Counted from the stretch's first letter, positions 1 through 13,682 are shown. The stretch: DNA of 64,000 bases from Octopus sinensis (GCF_006345805.1 NC_042998.1:86428001-86492000), one strand, 5' to 3'. The notes: generated by a model from the sequence alone, not told the origin. Made by a program: numbers and translations.

Positions 1-65
1 TATCTACCAAATCCACTCATAAGGCTTTGGTCAGACTTTGGCTACTGTAAAATAATTTGCTGATC
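1..65 (-). mobile_element. tRNA-derived SINE fragment (same family as 20460-20880 and 23060-23420)
   Basis: tctaccaaatccactcataaggctttggtc matches the other copies. Confidence 0.55.
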
Positions 66-433
66 ATGAAGGAAACTAAGTGTACAAGCTACATACAAAG
101 ATGCTTTGCATGGGGCCATTGTGAGGAATGCATGCACCAAATTCCAGAGCCTTCTTGAGGCATTGGTAGAAGTTGAGAGTGGCTACTTTGAATACCGATA
201 ATCTAATATTTTTTGATGTTTTAAAATAATTTATTTTTTGATTGGATACTGTGTTTTCTTTACTTTTCCCTCACTGACTTCACCACAGTTTCTATGCCTC
301 TCAAATGCCCTTATCTTCCTCACTCTCTGACCTACCTGCATGGCCCATTCACACCTCTCTTGCCTTCAATGACTCTGGATTTCTCTATCTTTGTGACTTC
401 TTTCTGTTCTATATTTTAAAGATGAGGTATTCT

Positions 434-1602
434 GTTCATTATCTACATTATTGGATGGATGTGTCTTCATCTTGTTTGTTGTTATCACAATGTTTTGGCT
501 GATTTACTCTCCAGCCTGGTGTAATTTTGTCTGTTGTTCTGGTGGAATTTCGAACCCAACCCTGGTATTTTTTGCTGGTGTTATTATTATTTATTCAAGG
601 CACTGCCTGGAATTGAACTTGGAATCTTGGAGTTAGTAGCCCATGCCCTTAACTATTTTGCTATATGCCCGTGGGCAATTACAGAGTAAATTTTAGGGCT
701 TATAAACTTGATATTTTCCTATCCTTCCTTAATACCAGTATCCATATTCTACTCATATCTGCACTAGGTTTGCTTAGGAGATTATTGTGTCATAGCATAT
801 GTGCTGCTTGTTTTAGGAAGAGGAGAGAGGATGAAACCTATAAACTGACCACAGTCTGTTTCCCCTGTGTGAAAGACCTCTCAGAAAAGATACAAAAGAT
901 ATGCGGTTCATATGACATCAGGACAGTATTCAAAAGTATAACAAAACACTTAGCAAATATCTCTTTCAAGTAAACCACCAATAGAAGAGAATATGACCAA
1001 AGATTGTGTGTACTCCATCCCATGCAGTTGTGGTAGGTTATACAAAGGCAAAACATATCGCCCACTCAAAATAAGAGTAGAGGAACATTTTAAAGCTGTG
1101 ACATGAGGAGATGTTGAAAAATAAAAGAAGCAGCACATATGCTAGGACACAATAACCTCCTAAGCAGACCTAGTGCAGATATGATCATGTATGGAGAAAC
1201 GGAGACCACCTTCACCTGTGGGATGAAGTTAAAATAATAGACAGAGAACACCACTGGAAAATATGAAAACTAAAAGAAGCAGCATATATACTAGGACACA
1301 ATAACCTCCTAAGCAGACTTAGTGCAGATACGAGTAGAATATGGGTACCAGTATTAAGGAAGGATAGGAAAATATTAGATTTATAAGCCCATATAGTGAA
1401 ATGGTTAAGACTAACCCCAATATTCCAAGTTCAATTCCAAGCAGTGCCTTGAATAAATAATAATAACACCAGCAAAAAATTCCAGGGTTGGGTTCAAAAT
1501 ACCACCAGGACACCTGATGAAGGCAGGAGAGTAAATCAGCCGAAACATTGTGGTAACAACAAACAAGATGAGGACACATCCGTCCAATGTAAATAATGTA
1601 CT
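434..1602 (+). mobile_element. Penelope-like element: degenerate GIY-YIG 3' part plus pLTR (~815-1602), preceded by an inverted pLTR copy (434-~812)
   Basis: Broken frames give CVYSIPCSCGRLYKGKTYRPLKIRVEEH and WDEVKIIDREHHWK...LKEAA; 434-812 is the reverse complement of ~1270-1602. Confidence 0.85.
1511..1552 (+). ncRNA. Minimal type I hammerhead ribozyme motif of the Penelope pLTR (degenerate)
   Basis: CAC-CTGATGA-A-GGCAG...CAGCC-GAAAC-ATT-GTG: core boxes, stem II and stem I present; GUH triplet reads AUU and stem II has one mismatch. Confidence 0.7.
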
Positions 1603-2270
1603 TCTTTCTTGTCCCCTGTCCCTCACACATGTTCATTGCCCAAGACCCCAACCCATTACATAAAGTTGGAAAAGGCTATGATAAATAAAATAGTCACTCG
1701 TTTTCCCATAGCACAGGAATATTTCAAAATGTTCTCTCTCTATGCACTTGCGGAGGAAAACACAAGCACATTGCCATTGATTTGAATGAAACTTACATCA
1801 ATGAAAATATCCTTTTCTTCCCTCTTTTTAAAGCCTAGGATCTTTATTTCTATTGAAAAGAAACCCATATATTTTGCTAATGATGCTTTTTTGGTTTAGC
1901 CTCCAGTCATCCCCAGTTCAACAGACCAATGAGTAAAGCCATGGCCATTCCATCATAACTTCAGAAGTAGTATAACTTGGACTAGTTTATCTAATGTGTC
2001 CTTCCATATTTTTTTGTAAGATGTTAGTATGAAACTTGAAGGTGATTTGGTTGCTCTTTCTTGCAGACCAAATGACAGGGTTGAGTATCTCTTTTTTGCT
2101 TATCTATTGCCTTGGTTTTAGGAAAGGCATCAGTTTAACAAGTTTTGATTTTTTTGTTTGTAACATTTTACATTTTCACAAAAACTCAGAGGAAACCATT
2201 ATTATAACCTTTTAATACATTTTGAAATTGTTTTTGTTCTTTAATCACTTCAGTTATTTTTATTTCACAG

Positions 2271-2349
2271 GGAACTCTCATCACTACAGTGACAGCTGAA
2301 GATCAAGACAGAGGCATACCGAATGATATTGGTTATAAAATTATTAAAG
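2271..2349 (+). CDS. Cadherin exon 1 in window (GTLITTVTAEDQDRGIPNDIGYKIIK)
   Basis: tttcacAG acceptor, g|GTataa donor; AEDQD calcium motif; phase 0 to 1. Confidence 0.9.
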
Positions 2350-2474
2350 GTATAATTTCTAAGATTTATTCTCTAAATCTTGAAATAAAACAAAAATGCA
2401 ATACTGTGCTTGATTTATTCAAAGTATTTAGTATATATGTACATATATGTATCCATGACCCTACATGCATACCA

Positions 2475-2535
<61 letters not shown>

Positions 2536-3035
2536 AAGAGATGATGAGCAATTGCCAGAAGAATATTGAGCTTTATTTGATAATCAGTTGGTCTAGCAAG
2601 CAGGGCCTCATATTAGTGAGTGGGGCCTGTGCACATTGACGCTGTCGAAAGGTAGGCCCCAAAATGGCATGCATTCTCTCTTGATGACCCCATACACTTG
2701 CTGCCTTCTGGTATGCAGAGTTCTCAACTGGTAGCACTTGCATGTGCATGTTGTTTGCAAAACATATATATGTATATATATATATAGACGCACATAAAAA
2801 ACACCATTTGAGCGTGGCCATTGCCAGTACCGCCGACTGGCCCTCGTGCCAGTGGCACGTAAAAGCACCCACTACACTCTTGGAGTGGTTGGCGTTAGGA
2901 AGGGCATCCAGCTGTAGAAACTCTGCCAGATCATGATTGGAGCCTGGTGCAGCCATGTGGTTCGCCAGTCTTCAGTCAAATCATCCAATTCCTGCTAGCA
3001 TGGAAAGCGGACGTTAAACGATGATGTTAATGATG

Positions 3036-3077
<42 letters not shown>

Positions 3078-6000
3078 GGCAGGGCTGGCCTGCTAGGTAG
3101 CCGGCCGAATGCTAGAAAGAGATCATCAACGATCAAACTACAAGGGAAATTCTCAACCGCAGTGAATTATTCACTGCAGTCCTTCGCTTCAGGAATTTCT
3201 TAGCGCGCCAGAGCCAAGACATTTGAAATTTTATCCCCGATGTAAACGGTAAAACTAAGCACGTGTCTGTCTTGACACAGAGAGCTGGGGTTAGTTTTGC
3301 TTTTTGCATCTCGATGACCGAATGTACTGATGAAGTCACGGACATTTGAATTATGTAAGTAATTCTTTTGTTAAAGACCGAAACCGAGGTATGCATTTAA
3401 GTCTGTTTTTTATTTAAATTTTCATATGTCCTGCCCGCCAAATTTGGTTCTGGTGTTCGCTGAATTCTTCCTCTAGAGAATTTCCCTTGTAGTTTGATCG
3501 TTGATGATCTCTTTCTAGCATTCGGCCGGCTACCTAGCAGGCCAGCCCTGCCTATATACACATATATTAGAATTTTCTCTGACTTCTCAGATTTTTTGAA
3601 TGCTGGACTACTGGTTTTAAATTGATATTAAAATTAATATTAATTTATCTCCCTCATTACTTATATATATATATATATATATATCAATTTAATAAAGTTA
3701 CAACATGGTCTAGTTTTCATGTTTTTTATTATTGTATTTTTAAAAAGTTCTTTTTACAATGTTGAAATGTGTTAAGCATTAAAAAATGACAGTTGAGTTG
3801 AGTGCTTGACAATTGTAGTAAAATGACTGGCTTCTTACTTTTTATACCTTCTAGAAGGCTCCAACAAGCTGAATTTTTGGAATATGGTTTTGACCAATCA
3901 GCATGCCACTTAAATGTCATGGTATGCCAGACACACCGATATTACTAGCATAGATCCCACTTTTATTTTTACCAATTAGCTTGTGGTTTACATGTAATGG
4001 CTTCACAAGTGAGCAAACTTAGCTGATTTTGATTGTTTTTATATAAGTTGGTGGGAGTCTTCTGTAATTTGTTTATATTCATATGTTAAAGATATTTTTT
4101 AATCCACATCACTAACTGGTTGTTATATTATTGTTGTTATTTCTGTTCAGAACAGGTTTGAACATTTTAGTAAAATGTTTTACCTTTTATCTTTCTTCCA
4201 ATCTCACTTCTGTTGTGTAGTTTGTGGAAAGAAAAAAAATTAGAAGCATTTTCTGACCATATATTTTTATATGTTCGCTGGAATTTGGTGAACATTAGTG
4301 TTATGGATTTGTTGCCTGTAGACTTGTGAACATTCTGATAATGCATTCTCTGTCTCACCAATATATAGTTCCTCGCTATTTAATGCACTAGATCAAATTT
4401 CTGCTTTTGCAGTTCATATCTGCATTTGTGAAAATCTGTCCATTTTTTGTTCAAATGGATTTACCAGTCTGCATGTATTAACACATTCCACATCTGTTAT
4501 CATTACGCTTGGATACTGTGAATGTTTTATCCTGTTTGTTCATGTTGAATTTTGCCTTTGTTAATTGTTCTTTAGATTATGTGGTTGCCTTTTGCTTAAG
4601 ATAAGTGTTTGATTAGTTATTATGTTTTTGCATTTTTCTCTTTGTTTCATGATTGGCAAATTTGTTTTGATGCTGTTGAAAATGTTTTGGTGATGCAGAT
4701 TGTGTGTTACTAGAAATGGTATTGTGTTCTGTTGATGGATTTTTCTTTCTCATTTTGCCTTATGTTATTCTTTAGGTAGCTCTTTCGCTCATAGTATGCT
4801 ATTTTCTATAAGTATCTATCTATCTAGGTTGTCCCGAAAGAAAAGTTGGAAGTTGATTGGGACCTTTTTTGAAAAATTATAACTGGTGATGAAAGCTGGT
4901 GCTATGAAATTTGCATATGTGGAAGAGGTGAAGAAAAAACAATAGATGTGTGAAAAGGCATCACTTTGCAAGAGTTCCAGCACTGGTTCAAATAGTGAAA
5001 AATGTGCCTGGACCAATGCATTGCTTTAAATGGAGAATGCTTTGTAGGAAATAAAAGTGTAAACATATAAAACAATGTAAATATAATTATATTGCAAAAT
5101 TCAGATTTCTTTTGGGTACCTCTTCGTATGATTTAGTCAATTCATAGTTGGCTTTGTGAACTAGAGTTTTATCTTTGGTCGATTTGAGTTTAATTTGTCA
5201 CACTATCAGAAATAATATGAAAAGAAGTCACATGGGATAAATAGTTGCACACATCCCTGAATTTAGGTATATCTCTAGTGAATGGCTGAGCGCATCTCTC
5301 TTGGCCATTGCATCACAAAATTATGGCTTGATCCAAACAAGCCACTGATTACACAAAGCAGCACTGTTACTACAAATGTCTGCAATATAATCCTGTCTTT
5401 ATTAATTTTTTTGCCTTAGCATTACTGCTAAATTTTGCATATGAGAAATATTAATAAGGACATGTTAAATTGAATGGGATATAGGTAATTTTTAACTGAA
5501 TTCTGTCTGAAGCATTAATTAAAATAATTGAAATAAAGAAAAAGAAAAGAATACTTTTCTTTCAAACATTTGCTTTATTTTTCAGATTCTTGTTCATCCT
5601 TCTCTATTTCCAATGACAGTGGTGAAGTTAGAATTAAATCTGATAATCTTGACCGAGAAGATCCTGTAATTAATAAACTGGATGGTGTCTGTACTGTTGA
5701 AATAAAGGTATTTTCATTTATTTACCACTTGTTAATGTTTTTCACAGACAGAAATAATAAATTAACTTTTTGTTTGATTTTATCCATCTAGATATTAATA
5801 TTGGTTTTGAATTTTGGCACAAGGCCTGCAATTTCAAGGAAGGGGCTAAGTTGATTTCATCATCCCCAGTGCTCAACTGGTACTTATTTTATCAACCCTG
5901 AAAGGATGAAAAACAAAGTCAACTTTGGTGGAATTTGAACTCAGAACATAAAAACGGAAGCATCTAGATATTAATATTAATGAACAAACAGTCAATAGAT

Positions 6001-9000
6001 AAAGAGAATCAGTTAAGCATTGGACACGGTGCTTTGCTGTATTTGGTTACAACCTTGTAGTTTTTGAGTTCAAATCCTGCCAGAGTCAACTACTTTGCAT
6101 TTCATCCTTCCAGAGTTGAAAAAATAGGCACTAAACAAGTACTGGGGTGAATCTAATGATCTATATCTTCTTCAAAATCTTATAACCATGTACCTATGTA
6201 AGAAATCAATGTAAACCAGCAAATACTTCTAAATATTTTTCACTTATGTTGATTGACAACTAGTTAGAATCAAATTTAATAAAATTAATGTTTCATTTAC
6301 CATGTCCTATCAGTTTAAAATACTAATGTCCATGTTTTACTATAGAGAAAACAAATTACTGTTTAAAAAATAATTAAATTATTGTATACAGTGCTCAGGT
6401 GCACCACAACTTGTCAGAAAGTGCATATAAAGTACATGCAGTAATGTAGAAATGTCTGGAAAGCGAACAATGTACATTTCTATCTACTTATTTTACCATA
6501 CTGTTCTCGTTCAATTATTTATATTTTATAACTATCATTATCTAATAAATGGCAGTGTTGTAGTTATGCTAAATAATCTCTATGCCATGTGTATGCTGTT
6601 TGCGTGACAGTACTTCTCTTCAAATAGTGAATATTTGTTTATCATCATCATCATTTAACATCTGTTGTTCATGGGTTGGATGGTTTGACTAGGGCTAGTA
6701 ATCTGAGGGGCTGCACCAGACTCCAGTCTGATTTGGCATGATTTCCAGTTTGACAGATCACCAAGTTCTACTGTCTATTTTGGAATGTGTTTTTTTTTAC
6801 AGCTGGATGCCATTCCTAATTCCAACCATTTCACAGAATGTAGTAGATGCTTTTCATGTGGCACCAGCACTGGCAAGGTCTCTTTTGGCTTAGTTTTTAT
6901 GGTTGGATACCCATTCTAATGCCAACAACTTTACAGGGTGTAGTGGATGCTTTTTATGTGGCACCAGTACCAGCGAGGTCACCAAGTAACTTGTAAGACA
7001 AAGATCCTTTGAGACTGAGAAATACTGGAGAAGGCGGATTTGTGCCAGATAATGAAAGATTAGAGTATGCAGAAGGAAAGAAGCAGGTGTCTTGCTATAG
7101 AGGAGATACATGGTTGCTGCAGTTGGAAGGAGATAGTGTGAGAGAGAGAGAGAGAGAGGGAGTGTGTGATAAAAAATGAAAGAAAGTGAGAGTGGAAGAG
7201 AACGAGAGTGAGAGAGATGGTGGCAGTGTACCAGGGCATACTCTCAAGGTGCAGAGACGAGAATATAAATTGCATGGTAGAGCATTGTTAAGGGTGCATG
7301 AGTAGGGAGTTCATATGAATGCAAAAACATGAGAGGGGAGAGAATGAAGTTACTGGTGAAACCTGGTTATACATGGGGGTACCCAAAATAACCAGAAACA
7401 CTCTCTGTAGCATAAGCCAATTGTAGTTTGGGATTCTGCCACTTGATGCAACCTTCAAACATCAATCTGTGGTGTCTGGGATCTTACTGTCACATGGTGC
7501 ATCTTTGTTTTGTTGCGCATTTCCTCTGTTTGTTGTTTTTTGTGATGGCTGATATGAAGGAACAATGTGCTTCCATGAAATTCTTTTTATTTTGGGGAAA
7601 ACAGCACTGGAAACAGTTGTGATATTTCAGACAGTTTTCAAGGATGCTGCTATGAGAAAAACACAAGTTTGTGAGTGGTTTTCATGCTTTAGAAATGGTC
7701 ACTTGTTGCTTGAATATCAACCTCATTCAGGGCAATCATTGACTTCTCAAACAAATGAAAACATCATGAAAATTCATGAACTTATCTTGGAGGACCATCA
7801 CCAAACAATTGACGAACTTGTTGATAAGCCTGGTGTGTCTTGGAGTTCCTGCCAATGAATTTTGAGCAAGGAATTGCGAATGAAAAGAATTGCAGCAAAA
7901 CTTGTGCTTTGCTTGCTCACAGAAAATCAATAGCAAACACAATTGAATGTATATCGTGAACTGAAAGAACAGTTGGAAGTTGATCCAGAATTTTTTTGAA
8001 GCTCATCACTGGTGATGAAATCTGGGGCTACAGAATTTGAAGATGTGGAAGGTGTGAAGAAAAAAATGACCAGCATTAAAAGGCATCACTTTGCAGGAGT
8101 TCCAACACTGCTTTGAACAGTGGAAAATGTGTCTAGACAGATGCATTGCTTCAAATGAAGAATACTTTGAAGGTGTTAAAAGTGTAAACATGTAAAAAAA
8201 ACTAAGTGTATAAAATAATATTGCATTGCTGAAGTGGGTAGGTCTTCTCAAGAATCTCATATCACCAAACATCTTGGTCCATTGTCATCTCCTCTGTGAA
8301 GCCCAACGTACTGACATCAGTTCTCTCCTTGTCTTACTGGGTCACCCTCTTCAACAGTTGCCATCAACTTTAAGTGATCAACTTTTCTTTATACAGCTAT
8401 CTTCATTCAAACACATCACATGTCCAAACCAGTATACTCTTCTCTTTTGCATGTTGCATCTGATTACTCTTATGCTCAACTTTTCTCTCTGACTATTTAC
8501 ACTTTGTCATACATGTACACTTATGCTGCATATCCATTAGAACATAAGAGCGTCATTCCTCTCTAGTCTATGCATGTCATCTTCATTCAGAACCCATGTC
8601 TCACTACCATGAAGTTGAGCTGTTTGTATTCAAGTATTATGTAATTTGCCTTTCCCTCTGAGAGAGAGTCCTTTTGTTGCTAACAGAGGTAATAGCTTTC
8701 TGAACTTCATCATATTCTTATTCTCGCAACAGTACTTTCAAAACATCCTCCACCACTGTTAATTTAGTCACAAAAGGAACAAAATCTCTCTACAACTTCA
8801 AGAGAGATTCCTGGGCATTTGAGAGAGTCTAATTCCCATGTCTCCTTAATGTTCATTGTTCCTGCATATCTGCCTCATACAAACACAACTTTTTCTGTTA
8901 ACCTCTCTGTGATTCTGCTTCACCTCTTATGTAAGCATCACTCGCACTGGATGCAATGAATGGAATTTCTTCCAACACCTTTCCTACATATTAAGTAGGG

Positions 9001-12000
9001 TTATTTACCAGATGGAAAGAGAGTCTTATCAACTTTCTTGCTAATAACAAGTCTTTGCCAGTTTAACTTTAAAGCCTTTTGATTTCATGTTGAGCTTCCA
9101 TACCTGGAATTTCTTCACCAATTTTGATACAGATTCAGCAACAAGAGCAAGGTCATCAGCCTATAGTAGTTCCCACAGGCAGCTAATTTTAAATTTCTGT
9201 GTCATGGCCTGGAGTACTATGATGAACAAGAGTGGACTGAGAACTGAACCCTAATGGACTCCTACTTGTACACTACATTCGTCACTGACTCCCACCCTAC
9301 ATAAACATCTGTACATGGCATGTACAGGTCTAACAAGCCACTTATCTAATCCTAACTTCCTTAGAGACTACCAGATTACAGAGTGAGGTACTCTGTCAAA
9401 AGCTTTCTCCAGGTTGACAAAAAGCAAGTACAATAGTTAACATTTGGCCAGATACTTCTCTTGCAGCTGTCTCATGAGGAAGATGGTATCTGTGTTACTC
9501 TTCTCAGGCACAAGACCATATTGCATCTCATCTATTCTAATTCTATTCCTAATCAATTGAGCCATAACCCTCTCTGTATGATACCTTTGTAGTTGTTTTT
9601 ATTTAAGGCATCTCCTTTACTCTTGTAGCAGCTAACTATAGTACTACTACACCAATCATTGGGGATAACTTAATGGTCTCACTTTTGGAATGCTTCCACT
9701 AGTGGTTTTGATTTGAGCAAAAAGAAGATATCTAAATTCGAAGGGGCATACATACTATGGAGTCTTCATGAATATCATACAATTTAAAAATAAAAAAAAA
9801 AAAAAGAAAAAGAAAAAGCCTGTAGAATTCATTATGAAACTATTTATAAAATAAGTTATTTGCATGAAATTTTTATTCAGTCTCAGGTTTAAAATTGTTG
9901 GCCAATATTTTCATTGAAATAAATTAATTCATTATAGTGCTTTTCTCTTGTATTTTATAGGCTTATGAAGTAATAAATAACCAAATAGGTGATAGTGTCA
10001 CAAAAAACATCACAATATTTGTAGAAGATGTGAATGACAATGATCCCTTCTTCAATAAAAATTCTTTCACTGCAAAGGTCAATGAAAATACTACAAAGGA
10101 TAATCCAGTAACAATAAATGAGATTATAACTGTAAAAGACGAGGATACGGTACTGAATTTTTGCATTTCTCACATATTTTATTCTTCTTCTTCCTATTGT
10201 ATCTTTTGTATTTTAATTTATGAATATTTTAATATTTTAATCTCTCATTTTTTTAAATGGCATTTTGTAGTTTAAATAGGAAAGTAAATTTTGTTTTCTT
10301 ATTGTTTGGTAGCCCTGTTAGATCAGAAAATTGGGCAGTTGATGAATGTTACACTCCTGATATATACAATAATTAAGTCTGAATTAGAATTGTATAGTAC
10401 ACTGTTGAGTTGCAGTTTGTTGTACAAGTACAACATAACAGAAGAGACTTGCATTTATTTTGTTATCCATTTTCCTACAGTAAAATTGAAGGGTCTATTG
10501 GCAGCTGAAATGGAAACAAAAATAAGGGGACTATTCACAACAATCTAAATTAGAATATACTAAAATTTGCTGGCAATCCAGAGCTTTTTTTTAGATACGC
10601 TATTGAGATGAATCTGATGGAAGAAAGAAAGTTTCTCTCTGAGATCGTCTCTAGAAAGAAGGACTATAAACTATAAGTAATATTTCTTAAGGGACTAAGG
10701 CAGCAAGCTGACAGAATCGTTAGCATGCCATGCAAAATGCTTGGTGGCATTTTGTCCATCTTCATGTTCTGAGTTCAAATTCTGCTGAGGTCAACTTTGC
10801 TTTTCATCCATTTTTTTAGGTGTTGGTGGTAGTGGTGGGGCAATAAAATAAGTACCAGTTGGACACTGGGGTTGATGTAACTGACTTAACCCCTCCTTCA
10901 AAATTGTTGGCCTTGTGCCAAAATTTGAAACCAATATTTCTTGAGGGACTGGAACAGAGATAGAGAGAGGAAATGGTAGCAGTAAGAAATAGAGAAACGC
11001 TATCATGGGTTTCACTGAGTTTTAGCATTTCTGGCAAGTTTGGAAGGGTAGAATGGGTTACAACAGATTTACTTTATTTAAAATAGAACACATAAAGTAC
11101 GAACTGCTAGAGTTACAAAAATATCTCAAGATTCGAATAACTTGATAAGGAGTTGGTTTAGCCAAGAGTTATGTATACTATACTATAATTTGATAAAAAA
11201 AATTTTAGTCTGCTATGATTTGCTAGGGCTAAAAACTAAATCTGTGAGTAGTCTATAAGTAGATCTGATCTTCTAAGAGTTATAACAATTTTTAATGATT
11301 TTGCTACTCCACTATTTCTCCTGCAAAGGTCATGGGTGTTAATCCTCCTCCTTATAAAAGAAAGTGCAAATAATAAATAGCATAGATATCATTGTAAGAA
11401 CAAAATATTAGTTTATAATGCAAATATCATTGAAATATGTGTAGGTTAATGTACATGTGTATTGAATTATAATGAAGTATAAGGGCCTGATATAGCTAAG
11501 GGGTCTGGACTATTGGCTATACAATTCTGAGTTGAAATTTACTGTTGTTTTTATGGTTGGCTCTTAACGCTTAAATGGTGAAGTACCACACTGAACATAA
11601 AGAATACATTCTTGCAATGATTAGAAACTACATACTACGTTATACTTTTTTAAAAAACTATTCCACAGAATCGAATTATACAGAGGAAACAACTCTTTCT
11701 ACTTCAGTTTAATTTTCTGTGATTGAATAAGAACCATTTTCATTTGAGCTGGCAGAATTGTGAGCATGCCAAGCGAAATTCTTCGTGGTATTTCACCTAC
11801 CATTACGTTCTGAATTTGGCTTTGCATTTTGTCCTTTCAGGGTTGATTAATTAAGTACCAGTGAAACACTGGGGTCCATCTGATTTCAGGCCTTGTGCCT
11901 ATATTAGAAAGGATTATTATTCACATGATAATTTTAAAGTCTCATTGTTCTATGAATTTTAACAAAGACAGAAATTTCCTAAGAAAATAACATTATATTA

Positions 12001-13625
12001 AATTGTTTAAAAGTTAATTTTAGGTCAACAATTTAGAATTTATAATCTTATTTACAAATTTGTCCAAGAATTTATAAATTTTCTTTCTACCCATTCTACT
12101 AACATAATGAAGTACTTTTTCATGAACTACCTCTGCTGCTGATGTAAAAAGGAAAAAATAAATAAGATCATTAGTCTTTGCGATATGTTGTGATTATATT
12201 TGGGTATTTCTGATTATTGATATATCAACAATACATGCTTATTCAAGAGAGGGACATGCCTTTGTTTGTTTTAGGTGGAGTACAGTAAATTCAGTCTTAG
12301 CTTGAAAACTTTGGATGGTAAACCATTCACTGCTCTTAAAGTTATTCCAGTAGAATCAGTAACAGAAACAAATGTAGCTCTGAGTGTTAATAATCCTGAT
12401 GAACTTGATTATGAAAAGGAAAAACAAATGACATTTAAGGTAGGTATGTTCTTGAGTTTAATTTGAATGAATGTAACTTGATATAAGCATGGGATGAAAT
12501 TTAGTATTGTACAAATAAACTTCAAATCTGTTGCTATCCCCTTCATATTTTATACATTATCCTTTAACATAGCTTATTAACGAAGTAACCACACGGTTAA
12601 GAGCGACGCTTGCGATGGTATGGTCATGTACTGCGGATGGATGAGGTGGGATGTGTGAAGAAGTGCCGCTCCCAAACAGTTAAAGGTATCAGGAGGAGAG
12701 GTAGACCCAGGAAGACATGGGATGAGGTAGTCAAGCATGACCTCAGAGCGTTGGACCTCACTGAGGCAATGGCGAAGGACCAAGATCTCTGGAGATATGC
12801 TGTGACTGCAAAGACCCAGGCTGCTTCCTGCACCAGCTCTGCATAGCCCCTGTCCATTCAAAGTACCTTGGATTCCAGAACATCCTGCTGTGCTTGAGGA
12901 GACCTGTTAAGTCAAGTACATGAACATCGAAATAAATATCAATGGAAATAGTAGTTGTGATACCTGTGCTGGTGGCACATAAAAAGCACCATCCGAATGT
13001 GGCTGTTGCCAGTGCCGCCTCGACTGGCTTCTGTGCCGGTGGCACATAAAAAGCACCATCCGAACGTGGTCGATGCCAGCGCCGCGTCGACTGGCTTCTG
13101 TGCCAGTGGCACATAAAAAGCACCATCCGAACGTGGCTGATGTCAGCGCCGCCTCGGCTGGCTTCTGTGCCGGTGGCACGTTAAAAGCACCAACCGATCG
13201 TGGCCAATGTCAGACTCCCCTGGCACCTGTGCCGGTGGCATGTAAAAAGCACCCACTACACTCGTGGAGTGGTTGGCGTTAGGAAGGGCATCCAGCTGTA
13301 GAAACACTGCCAGATCAGACCGGAGCCTGGTGCAGACCCTGGTTGAACCGTCGAACCCGTGCTAGCGCGGAAAACAGACGTTAAACAATGATGATGATAG
13401 CTTACTGTCATTTAAAAATATGGTAAACAAGTTTTCCAATTTTAAGATATAATGTGCAGTACAGTGAGATAAAACTTGAGACTGCATGGTTATGGAGGTT
13501 GGTTTGTTACCACATGGTCTCAAGTTCTATCTCTGTCTGAAACCTTTGCCAACTTTTCTATTGGAAGTCTTGAGCTTAGTGGCCAATGTCTTAGAAGTAA
13601 AATTGGAGTACTGTATGTGTGCGCA

Positions 13626-13682
<57 letters not shown>

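Noticed and set aside
2366-2639. ORF-track proteins rich in IY, HT, CV or poly-L/I (also 13476-13745, 20574-20983, 59154-59450, 61100-61439)
   Set aside because: These are translations of microsatellites; only 2271-2349 of this stretch is a real exon
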